A stretch of 64,000 nt of DNA from Candidatus Dormiibacterota bacterium. Its GTDB lineage: Bacteria > Chloroflexota > Dormibacteria > Aeolococcales > Bog-877. Where the stretch lies: positions 1,093 through 65,092 of the forward strand of contig DAHUZI010000040.1 of the NCBI GenBank assembly GCA_027306595.1, given 5' to 3'. The notes under the pieces were generated by a model. It ran no database searches. It saw only the letters and a list, made by a program, of their open reading frames with translations, and was not told the origin of the DNA. The stretch's first letter is position 1. Each line of letters starts with the position of its first letter. The position numbers and the translations under genes were made by a program. This document shows positions 36,868 through 44,799 of the stretch, in pieces.

Positions 36868-38559
36868 TCAGGCTCCGACCGCGGCAGGTGTGGCGGGCCA
36901 GCCGCGACCCCTCATTGGGCTTCGCCGTCGGCCCCGGTCGCGCAGCGCCTGCCGGGCGGCGTTGTACCCCGGGGCCCCGGTGACGCCGCCACCAGGGTGG
37001 GCTCCCGCCCCGCACAGATACAGCCCGTCCACCGGCGTGCGGTACCGCGCCCATCCCGGGACGGGTCGCATCACGTAGAGCTGGTCGAGGCGGAGGTCGC
37101 CGTGGAAGATGTTGCCCTCCGTGAGCCCGTATGTCTCCTCGAGGTCGAGGGGCGTGAGCACCTGCCGGGCCACGATCGCGCCGGGCACATTGGGGGCGTG
37201 GCGCTCGATCGTGCGGACGGTGAGATCGCCGAGCTCCTCGCGGCGCGATGCCCAATCGCCCTCCCGCAATCGGTAGGGAACGAACTGCACGAAGCAGGTC
37301 ATGACGTGGACCCCAGGGGGAGCCAGCGAGTTGTCCACGTTGGTGGCGACCACGCAGTCCACCCAGAGCCGGTCGACGTCCGGGATGTCGCCCCGCTTGG
37401 CACAGTCGTACCCTTCCTCGGCCAATCGCGCCGGCGGCACCAGGGTGAACAGGGCCCGCTCCCCCGGGGCCGCGTCGGTCGGCATGCCGACAACCGTGGG
37501 CTCCTCGGCGAGGACAAGGTTCACCTTGGCGCAGGGGCCGTCCATCTTGATGGCGGCGATCGATTCCCGAAATTCCCCGGGCAGGACATCGGGGGGGACC
37601 AGGCCGAGGAACGTGCGCTTGGGGTCGGCGTTCGAGAGCACGAGCGGCGCGTCGAGCGTGACCCCACTGGCAAGGACAACCCCAACGGCCCGCCCGGCTT
37701 CCACGCGGATCGCGCTGACGGGGCTGCCCACCCGGAGCTCGGCCCCTCGCTCGCGGGCGGCGGCAGCGAGAGCCTGGGTGATCGACCCCATGCCCCCCTG
37801 CACGTGCCCGACGAACCCCTGGACGGCCTCCTCGCCGCCGCTGAGGAGATGAAAGAGGAGGCCGAGCAGGCTGCCGGGCTGGTAGGGGCCGCCGTGCTTG
37901 CCATACACGCTGTTGGCGAGGAGCAGGCGGCGAGCCGGCTCGGCTTCGAAGTGCCGGTCCAGGAACTCGCCCAGGCTTCCCGACAGAAAGCCGATCATGG
38001 CTGTCAACTCCCGTGGAGACATCCCGCGGAGCCGGCGACCGACCCGGAGCAGCTCGAGAAGGCCCGCCACGCCCCGCCTCTCGACGTCCGGCGGCGCCTG
38101 GAGAAACAGCGGCTGCAGGCGCGCGGAAAGTCGCCGGAGTTCGCCGTCGAGCTCGGCGAAGGCCCGGGCGTCGTGGGGCGAGCTGCGCTCGAGCTCATGG
38201 ATGGTCCGAGCCATGTCCGCCCACCACCTGACGACCCCGTGGCCGGGGAGGGGAACCTGAAGCGAGGGGCTGCAGGGGGTCATCCGCAGTCCGTGGCGGC
38301 CCAGGTCGAGGTCGCGGATGACCTCGGGGCGGAGCATGCTGGCGATGTAGGAGGTTGTGGAGGCCCGGACTCCCGGTGCGATCTCCTCGGTCACGCAGCA
38401 CCCGCCGAGGACCGGGCGGCGCTCGAGGACGACGGTGCGAAGGCCGGCTCCCGCCAGGTAGGCGGCGGCGGTCAGCCCGTTGTGCCCTCCCCCAATCACG
38501 ATCGCGTCGTACCGAGGCAGACCGCCGCCTCCAGCTGACTTCAAGTCAGACAGGTGCAC
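36868..38559 (-). CDS. phytoene-desaturase-family (CrtI-like) NAD(P)/FAD-dependent oxidoreductase
   Basis: YDAIVIGGGHNGLTAAAYLAGAGLRTVVLERRPVLGGCC and C-terminal GLYLCGAGAHPGGGVTGAPG. The start is uncertain (GTG 38559 or TTG 38544). Confidence 0.8.
   Translation of the reverse strand: MHLSDLKSAGGGGLPRYDAIVIGGGHNGLTAAAYLAGAGLRTVVLERRPVLGGCCVTEEIAPGVRASTTSYIASMLRPEVIRDLDLGRHGLRMTPCSPSLQVPLPGHGVVRWWADMARTIHELERSSPHDARAFAELDGELRRLSARLQPLFLQAPPDVERRGVAGLLELLRVGRRLRGMSPRELTAMIGFLSGSLGEFLDRHFEAEPARRLLLANSVYGKHGGPYQPGSLLGLLFHLLSGGEEAVQGFVGHVQGGMGSITQALAAAARERGAELRVGSPVSAIRVEAGRAVGVVLASGVTLDAPLVLSNADPKRTFLGLVPPDVLPGEFRESIAAIKMDGPCAKVNLVLAEEPTVVGMPTDAAPGERALFTLVPPARLAEEGYDCAKRGDIPDVDRLWVDCVVATNVDNSLAPPGVHVMTCFVQFVPYRLREGDWASRREELGDLTVRTIERHAPNVPGAIVARQVLTPLDLEETYGLTEGNIFHGDLRLDQLYVMRPVPGWARYRTPVDGLYLCGAGAHPGGGVTGAPGYNAARQALRDRGRRRSPMRGRGWPATPAAVGA
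38535..38549. promoter_or_regulatory. perfect 15-bp palindrome CTGACTTcAAGTCAG (candidate TetR operator)
   Basis: It lies between, or just inside, the divergent starts of the CrtI-like gene (38559/38544) and the TetR gene (38588). Confidence 0.55.
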
Positions 38560-38587
38560 ACCATCGACCTATGGTACAAGCGGTCAT

Positions 38588-39334
38588 ATGGAATCGGCCA
38601 GAGTCGATACTCGTGAACTGGGGTCGGAGACCTCGGCTGACCCGAGGTCAGGCAATGCCTCCGGGGAGCGGATCCTGGCCGCCGCGATGCACCGCTTCGC
38701 CCAGGTCGGCTACGAAGCGGTCCGGGTCGAGGACGTGGCCGCTGACGTGGGGCTGGCGAAGGGCTCCGTCTTCTTTCACTTCGGCAGCAAGCGCGGGCTC
38801 TTCCTCGCCGCCTATCGGCGGGCGGCCCGCTCCCTTCCCGGCTACCTGGACGCCCCGGACGACGTGGTCGCGGGCGGTGTCTTCGCTGTCAGCCGACACT
38901 GGTTGGCCATGACGGAGCATCTCATCCGTGACGCCTGGGTCCCATACCGGCTGGCGATCCTCGGCACCTACTCCACGAACTCCGAGCTGCGAGGTGCCGT
39001 CGACCGCTTCTTGGCCGAGGAGGACTCGTTCGGGACCGTGGCCTTGGTGGAGCGAGGACGTGCGAGGGGCGAGTTGCGCGCTGACGTCGACCTGGACATG
39101 ACTGTTGCGCTGGTGGACTGGCTCATGGATCGATTCCAGGACGCGCTCGTCACCGAGGAGCTGTCCCGCGGGCTCTTCCCCCGCCACGGGGCCTTCGCGG
39201 CCCGGCACCAGCGCCAGATCGACCAGTTCATGTGCCTGCTCGAGGACGCGATCGGCGCCAGCTCGGGGCGGAGCCGAGCCCGAGGCCAGCTGCGGGCGCC
39301 CGCCGCCCGCGCTCGCGGGGCGCCGGAACGGTGA
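38588..39334 (+). CDS. TetR/AcrR-family transcriptional regulator
   Basis: ILAAAMHRFAQVGYEAVRVEDVAADVGLAKGSVFFHFGSKRGLF HTH. Divergent from the oxidoreductase operon. Confidence 0.9.
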   Translation: MESARVDTRELGSETSADPRSGNASGERILAAAMHRFAQVGYEAVRVEDVAADVGLAKGSVFFHFGSKRGLFLAAYRRAARSLPGYLDAPDDVVAGGVFAVSRHWLAMTEHLIRDAWVPYRLAILGTYSTNSELRGAVDRFLAEEDSFGTVALVERGRARGELRADVDLDMTVALVDWLMDRFQDALVTEELSRGLFPRHGAFAARHQRQIDQFMCLLEDAIGASSGRSRARGQLRAPAARARGAPER

Positions 39335-39362
39335 GGCTGGATCCCTTGCCCTCAGGGCGTCT

Positions 39363-40202
39363 TCAGCCGCCTGGGGTCGCGGGCCGCTCGATGGCGAGGG
39401 CCCGGCGTAGCCACTCCCGCTCCGCAGGTACTGACAAGGCGGTGAGCGCCTCGCCCACGGCTAGCAGACGCGGCGTGAACTTGCGGGCCTCGCGAGGTCG
39501 CTCGCCGGTTTGCTCTGAGGCCAGCCGCATCCGAAAATAGTGCTCGTCGCGGGCGACATGCCATCCGGGTCCCCTGCGGGGGAAGAGATCGAACTCCACC
39601 CACTGGTGCCCGAGATCGGCCTCGATCGCCGTGTCCAGGTACCCAGTCTCCTCCGCAACCTCGCGGCGAGCGGCCGATTGCGCCGTCTCGCCCGACTCGA
39701 TGTGCCCCTTGGGGAGGCGGACCTCGTCGCGTTGGGGGCGGATGAGGACCACGACCGCGCCCCCGACGATGACGACGCCGCCGGCGGCCGCGTACGTGGT
39801 CTGGCGTTGGCCGAGGGCGCTTCGCACCGGGCGGAGCCGGTCTGGACTGCTCCCCCACGGCAGCGCCGCCAGTCCGATCGTGGAGGCGGCGTGGCGCCAG
39901 ATCGATCGTCCGTCCACCCAGAGGACCACCTCGGGGGCGACGCCAAGCCGACGAACGAGGCCCTCGATGGTTCGGCGGGCGACGGCCTGGGACCGCCCAG
40001 TCTGGTATCCAGCGATGACATCGGCCATGGTCGCGAGCCGACTGAGCTGGCTGAGCCCGCCGGGCGAGCCGGCGGTGCCGGCGACGACCAGCCCCGTGTG
40101 ATACCGGGGACGGAGACGCTCCAGGAAGTGGGTGGTCCCCGGACGCTCGAGGGTGAGCAGGTTCGGGAGGGCCAGCACCACGGCCTCTGGCTCGTGGCCC
40201 AC
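39363..40202 (-). CDS. NUDIX hydrolase with ~140-150 aa uncharacterised N-terminal domain
   Basis: C-terminal Nudix box GHIESGETAQSAARREVAEETGY. The N-terminal part (VVLALPNLLTLERPGTTHFLERL...VVAGTAGSPGG...) has coding-like composition. In-frame start candidates: GTG 40241, 40202, 40181/40178, ATG 40028. Confidence 0.6.
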   Translation of the reverse strand: MGHEPEAVVLALPNLLTLERPGTTHFLERLRPRYHTGLVVAGTAGSPGGLSQLSRLATMADVIAGYQTGRSQAVARRTIEGLVRRLGVAPEVVLWVDGRSIWRHAASTIGLAALPWGSSPDRLRPVRSALGQRQTTYAAAGGVVIVGGAVVVLIRPQRDEVRLPKGHIESGETAQSAARREVAEETGYLDTAIEADLGHQWVEFDLFPRRGPGWHVARDEHYFRMRLASEQTGERPREARKFTPRLLAVGEALTALSVPAEREWLRRALAIERPATPGG

Positions 40203-40250
40203 CCCGGCGAGCCTCCCCGCTGCCGGTTCCGACTGTGGCACGCCGCCCAG

Positions 40251-40290
40251 CCTAGCCGCCCCGCGATGGCGAGCGGGGCGGGCGGCTAGG
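40251..40290 (-). terminator. GC-rich hairpin between the mini-ORF and the NUDIX gene
   Basis: CCTAGCCGCCCCGC-gatggcga-GCGGGGCgggCGGCTAGG (one bulge), 13 nt downstream of the mini-ORF stop. Confidence 0.45.
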
Positions 40291-40302
40291 GGCGCTGGTG
40301 CG

Positions 40303-40494
40303 TCAGGCTCGCGCGGCGCGACGGCGAGTTGCCGCCTCGAGCCGGCGGAGTCCGCCGAGCAGCATGCCGGCATCGGAGCGCCGAGCCGGTCGCCCGGCCC
40401 TGGCGTCGCGTGCGGCCGCCGAGCGGGTGGCCCACCGGGCAATGTCGGTCTGCATCTGGTCGATCTGGAGTCGGGCGCTGTAGGGGTTCATCAC
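40303..40494 (-). CDS. 63-aa hypothetical protein, probably translated from a leaderless mRNA
   Basis: GTG-ATG start sits 7-10 nt downstream of TAATAT (40501-40506 on the - strand), with TTGCGC (40524-40529) 17 nt upstream. No Cys or His. The C-terminal half is Arg/Ala-rich, so coding status is not certain. Confidence 0.4.
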   Translation of the reverse strand: MMNPYSARLQIDQMQTDIARWATRSAAARDARAGRPARRSDAGMLLGGLRRLEAATRRRAARA

Positions 40495-40500
40495 ATGGTG

Positions 40501-40544
40501 ATATTAGCATATGGCGATGTGCCGCGCAAGCCATACGGCTATAT
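40501..40544. promoter_or_regulatory. AT-rich divergent promoter/operator region with imperfect 15-nt inverted repeat
   Basis: ATATTAGCATATGGC (40501-40515), 14 nt, GCCATACGGCTATAT (40530-40544), 11/15 complementary. TATAGT at 40591-40596 lies 9 nt before the ArsR-type ATG. Confidence 0.45.
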
Positions 40545-40605
40545 TGTCAAAACCTTCGGCATTCCTGGCCGACGCGGGGCGTGTGCGTGATATAGTCGAA
40601 CGGCT

Positions 40606-41610
40606 ATGGCGCCCGTCGACGAGGAGGAGGTCGGGTCTCGACGGGGCTTCCTGGTGGAGCCGTCGGCACCCATGGAGCTGCTCTGGCTTGCTCACCAGCT
40701 CCTGCACCGAGCCACCGGGAGTGCCGCCCCGGCCGGGCTCGAGGAGTCCCGCGCCGACGAGCTCGCCGAGCGGCTCCGGGCGTTCTGGGGCGATGGTGCG
40801 AGCGCGGGTGGAGGGGAGCTCCTGATCCTGGCGGACGCCGCCGGCTTCCTCTTCACGACCGATGTCAGCCCGCACCTCCGCGAGCTGCCGCCGCCCCCGG
40901 CCGAGCCGTCGACGTTCCGGCTCGGCACGGAGGATCCGGAGGATCGGAACCGGTTCGTCCAGCGGCTCGCCCGGCTGGGGCAGGATGGCGAGCTCCGCCG
41001 CCGGTATGGCGAGCTTCTCGTTGACATCTGGGAGTCCGTCCGGCCGGAATGGGAGAGCCGCGGACTCCCGCTCGTGCGGGAAGTCTGCCGTCACGTTCGC
41101 GAGGGCATTGAGGGCGGAGCCGGGGTCGAGGACGCGGTCCCGGCGGTGGCAGAGGTGGCCGCAAAGCGCTCGACTTGGGCGGCGCTGGTATCCGAGGCGA
41201 TCGGTTCCGGCCGGCTGGCGATCACCCCGGGGTACTTCGGCGGCCGCTGGAGCATCTGGGACCTGCCGGTCCACCTGGTGGTGGGCTATGGGGTCGGGGT
41301 TGGCGACGGCCTGGCCGAGATCCGTGCGCTCGCCACCCGGCTAGCTCCCCGTCTCAAAGCCCTCGGCGACCCCACCCGGCTCGCGATCCTCGTGTCACTA
41401 GGGGCTCGGCCGGCCAGCATCGTGGAAGTCGCCCGCAGCTTCGGCCTGGCCCAGCCAACCGTGAGTGCGCACTTCCACCTGCTCCGCGACGCCCGCCTGA
41501 TCGTCGGGGTTCGCGAGGACAGCCGCACCCGCTATCGGATGGAGCGCGGCCGCCTCGCCGACCTCCTCGGCGAGACAGCGCGGTCGGCTGGGCTCGATCT
41601 GGGGGGCTGA
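40606..41610 (+). CDS. ArsR/SmtB-family transcriptional regulator with long N-terminal domain (DUF5937-like)
   Basis: C-terminal wHTH LKALGDPTRLAILVSLGARPASIVEVARSFGLAQPTVSAHFHLLRDARLI. It lacks the ELCVCDL-type metal site. Confidence 0.8.
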   Translation: MAPVDEEEVGSRRGFLVEPSAPMELLWLAHQLLHRATGSAAPAGLEESRADELAERLRAFWGDGASAGGGELLILADAAGFLFTTDVSPHLRELPPPPAEPSTFRLGTEDPEDRNRFVQRLARLGQDGELRRRYGELLVDIWESVRPEWESRGLPLVREVCRHVREGIEGGAGVEDAVPAVAEVAAKRSTWAALVSEAIGSGRLAITPGYFGGRWSIWDLPVHLVVGYGVGVGDGLAEIRALATRLAPRLKALGDPTRLAILVSLGARPASIVEVARSFGLAQPTVSAHFHLLRDARLIVGVREDSRTRYRMERGRLADLLGETARSAGLDLGG

Positions 41611-41649
41611 GTCGACTCGGCAGGCGGTCGAGCTGGGACCGCCGGTCCG

Positions 41650-42609
41650 CTACAGGCTGTCGGCGGGCATCTGGCCCAGGCGACCGGCCCGGTAGTCGGC
41701 GAAGGCCTCTCGCAGCTCCGCCTCGGAGTTCATGACGAAGGGCCCATACCACGCGACCGGCTCCCGGATCGGCAGGCCGCCCAGGAGGAGGACCTCGAAG
41801 AACGGGGAGCGGCTCTCCTGACTTGGGTCGGCCGCGAGCGTCAGCGATCCGCCCGCCCCGAAGACGACCAGCTGACCGGTCCCGAAGGCCGCAGCTCCGT
41901 CCCCAGCCGTGCCCCGGCCGGCTAGGGCGTAGGCGAGGGCGTTGAAGGACGGGTCCCAGGGGATGACGATGCGCGCTCCAGGCGCGAGGCTGGCGTGGAT
42001 GAGGGTGATCGGGGTGTGGGTGATGCCCGGGCCCGCATGCTCCCTCAGCCGTCCTGCGATCACGCGCAGAAGACTCGCCCCGTCCTGAGAGGCGACCAGA
42101 CTCACCTGGCCGGCACGGATGTCCTGGTAGCGAGGGGGCACCCACTTCTTCGAGCTTGGCAGGTTGACCCACAGCTGGATGCCATGGAAGAGGCCTCCGG
42201 CCACAACGAGCGGCTCCGGCGGGCGCTCGATGTGCAGGATCCCGGCTCCGGCGGTCATCCACTGCGTGTCGCCGTTCGTGATCAGCCCACCGCCGCCATT
42301 CGAGTCGCGGTGCTGGAACGTGCCATCGATCATGTAGGTGACGGTCTCAAAGCCGCGGTGAGGGTGCCACGGCGTGCCCTTCGGCTCCCCGGGGGCGTAC
42401 TCAACCTCGCCCATCTGGTCCATGTGCACGAACGGGTCGAGCTGGGCCTGGGTCGCGCCGGCAAAGGCGCGCCGAACCGGGAACCCCTCGCCCTCCAGAC
42501 CGGTTGGTGCGGTCGACACGGCAGCCACCGGCCGGCTGACGGTGGCGGTGGGGTCGGGCTCCGAAACGCGGGGCAGCACCAGCAGATCGGCCACGGTGAC
42601 GGCGGGCAT
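41650..42609 (-). CDS. pirin-family protein
   Basis: FPVRRAF...LDPFVHMDQMGEVEYAPGEPKGTPWHPHRGFETVTYMIDG...TQWMTAGAGILHIE cupin motifs. Confidence 0.9.
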   Translation of the reverse strand: MPAVTVADLLVLPRVSEPDPTATVSRPVAAVSTAPTGLEGEGFPVRRAFAGATQAQLDPFVHMDQMGEVEYAPGEPKGTPWHPHRGFETVTYMIDGTFQHRDSNGGGGLITNGDTQWMTAGAGILHIERPPEPLVVAGGLFHGIQLWVNLPSSKKWVPPRYQDIRAGQVSLVASQDGASLLRVIAGRLREHAGPGITHTPITLIHASLAPGARIVIPWDPSFNALAYALAGRGTAGDGAAAFGTGQLVVFGAGGSLTLAADPSQESRSPFFEVLLLGGLPIREPVAWYGPFVMNSEAELREAFADYRAGRLGQMPADSL

Positions 42610-42736
42610 CAGGGCTCCTTGGCACCACCCGGCGGCTCCTCCTCGAGCCCACGGGCCGGATGGTCACTGGGGCGAGCATACCCTCGACGGGACCGTGCCA
42701 ATCTCGGGACCGGGGCCATGCCCTCCCGAGCGTGGC

Positions 42737-43375
42737 TCAGGCGTCCCCCCCAACCGTCGCGATCCAGTGCATCCAGGGTCCCGCAGCGGGCAGCAGCGCA
42801 AGCGCCAAGACCACACCCGCGACCAGGCTTCCGAGGAGCAGCGCCCGGCGACTCCCGCGGCCGACCAGACGCTTGGCGCCTCGGCTCCAATCCGCGAGCG
42901 CGACGGCGGGCAGTCGCCACAGGTACGCGAGGACATGCACGGACATTCCGAGGAACCAGAGCACGAACGCCCCCTTGTGGAGCGTGAGCAGGAGGCTCGG
43001 GCCGGGCGGGACGAAGAGCAGGCCGACACCGGAGGCGAGGAGGGCCGTCGTCAGCACCACGAGCGCCGGGGCGAGCAACCGGAGCGGCAGCAGCGGCGGG
43101 CCGCGACGACGGTAGGCTGGCGCCCCGGTGTAGTAGCGGATGGCGCGATACCCGGTGCTCGCCAGCTTGAGCGCAGTCGGGGGGAGCAGCACCAGCCCGA
43201 TGAAGACGTGGGCCGGGAACAGAAGCCGGAGGAGCACGATGGTGATGCCCTCCAGGGCCAGCAGCACGAACAGCGCCAGAGCGGTGGCGGCGGTGAGCCG
43301 ATCATTCCCGTCGATGCCTGCCCGGGCAGCTCCTGCTGTGGGGCCCGGCGGACCGCCGAGGCGAGTTTCGTTCAC
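42737..43375 (-). CDS. hypothetical integral membrane protein
   Basis: About 5 hydrophobic helices and coding-like composition. No family recognised. Confidence 0.55.
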   Translation of the reverse strand: MNETRLGGPPGPTAGAARAGIDGNDRLTAATALALFVLLALEGITIVLLRLLFPAHVFIGLVLLPPTALKLASTGYRAIRYYTGAPAYRRRGPPLLPLRLLAPALVVLTTALLASGVGLLFVPPGPSLLLTLHKGAFVLWFLGMSVHVLAYLWRLPAVALADWSRGAKRLVGRGSRRALLLGSLVAGVVLALALLPAAGPWMHWIATVGGDA

Positions 43376-43791
43376 GCAGTGCCCGCTCCAGGTGCTGGTT
43401 GACTTGCTGCCGTCGCTTGTACCACGTCGGCCGACCGGAAGGCGGAGCCCGATCCTGGCAGCCGGACGTGCTCGCGCTACCCGGTCGCGCGCAGCTTCGA
43501 TCTCCGGTCCCGCTCGGCTCCGCTCGCCGCCGCGCGCGACTGGGCTGGAGAAGGTTCACTGGCTGGGGGGCTTCCGCGCGCGAGGACCAGCCCCGTCGCC
43601 TCGACCCTATTGGGAGATGGTCCAGTCCTGAGGGTAGATGCTGAGGGTCGGGTCCTGGGGAGCCCTCGGGCCGCGCCCGCATCGTAAGGATAGGGGTCTT
43701 GGCGCTAGTAGGTGGAATCGAAGGGGTGAGTGGCCGGACGGGGACGGACCCATAGGTGGGATACCCGCACCCTTTCAGCATTTGGCGGATG

Positions 43792-44696
43792 TACTGAGAG
43801 CTTAGCCCGAAAGCCTGGCTATCGTGGCGAACAGGAGTTGTGCGCCCGCCAAGGGGAGGAACGCGACATAGTTCTCCTTCTGCTTCTCCCACCGCACGAG
43901 CAGGCGGCGCGACCGGTTGATCCAGCTGGGCGCGGGCTCGACCACCCAACGGCGCGAGCGATGCCCCGGCTGCGCGCGTCGGGGCTGAACCGGGACCCCG
44001 CCACGACTGATGTGGCCGACGGAGCCACGGTCGGCGATCGCGTCATCGATCTCCGGATCGTCATAGACGCGACCCAAGCACAGACGCTGTGGGAACGTGG
44101 CGGCCGGTTCAGGCCGGGCTACGACCAGGGCGTCGAGCGTCGCGATGAGGAGTTTCAGGTCGTGGCGGTTGGCGCTCGCCCCGCGGATCGCCAAGGGGCT
44201 CCCGCTGCGGTCCGTCAGCCGGCTCCGTTTCACGCCGAGTTTGCCGCGATCGGTCGGATTGGGACCGGTCGCGGCGCATCCGAAAGGGGCCTTGGTCATT
44301 GCCCCATCGACCGACCGCCATTCCCACGCGATGCCGCACAGCTGATCGTACTCGGTCAGGCCCGCCGCCCACAGCGCGTGGAACAACCCGGCTTGCTCCC
44401 ACTCCTGGAAGCGCCGATGCGCGGTGCTGCTACTGCACACGCGGCGCGGCAGCGCTTTCCACTGCGCCCCGGTGCGAAGGACGTAGACGATCGCCCCGAA
44501 CACCCGCCGATCCGCGACCCGCGGTCTCCCCGGACCCTTGCCGGGGGGCACAGAGGGAATCAGCGGTTCCACCCGCTGCCACAACGCATCATCAACTTCC
44601 CAGGGGCGAGTACGCATGGAAGAACTCCCCGGACACGGTGGCCGCCGCGCCGCCAGGATACCATCTTCACGACGCTTTCGGGATGAGTTCTTGGTA
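43792..44696 (-). mobile_element. IS5-family insertion sequence (~0.9 kb, single transposase ORF)
   Basis: Imperfect terminal inverted repeats TACTGAGAGCTTAGCCCGAAAGC (43792-43814) and the reverse complement of 44674-44696, TACCAAGAACTCATCCCGAAAGC (17/23). The exact ends and target duplication are not resolved. Confidence 0.75.
43802..44617 (-). CDS. IS5-family DDE transposase
   Basis: MRTRPWEVDDALWQRVEPLIP...GRPRVADRRVFGAIVYVLRTGAQWKALP...STAHRRFQEWEQAGLF...DGAMTKAP...NRHDLKLL...RWVVEPAPSWINRSRRLLVRWEK is a typical IS5/IS4-superfamily layout. Confidence 0.9.
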   Translation of the reverse strand: MRTRPWEVDDALWQRVEPLIPSVPPGKGPGRPRVADRRVFGAIVYVLRTGAQWKALPRRVCSSSTAHRRFQEWEQAGLFHALWAAGLTEYDQLCGIAWEWRSVDGAMTKAPFGCAATGPNPTDRGKLGVKRSRLTDRSGSPLAIRGASANRHDLKLLIATLDALVVARPEPAATFPQRLCLGRVYDDPEIDDAIADRGSVGHISRGGVPVQPRRAQPGHRSRRWVVEPAPSWINRSRRLLVRWEKQKENYVAFLPLAGAQLLFATIARLSG

Positions 44697-44799
44697 AGAG
44701 GATCAAGCCTTCCCACTTCAGTCAAGCGGCTTCTCGAACTCGAAGATGGGAGCCAGACGACCGGATTGTGAGCGGACCGTACCCAATCGGTCGCGCACT

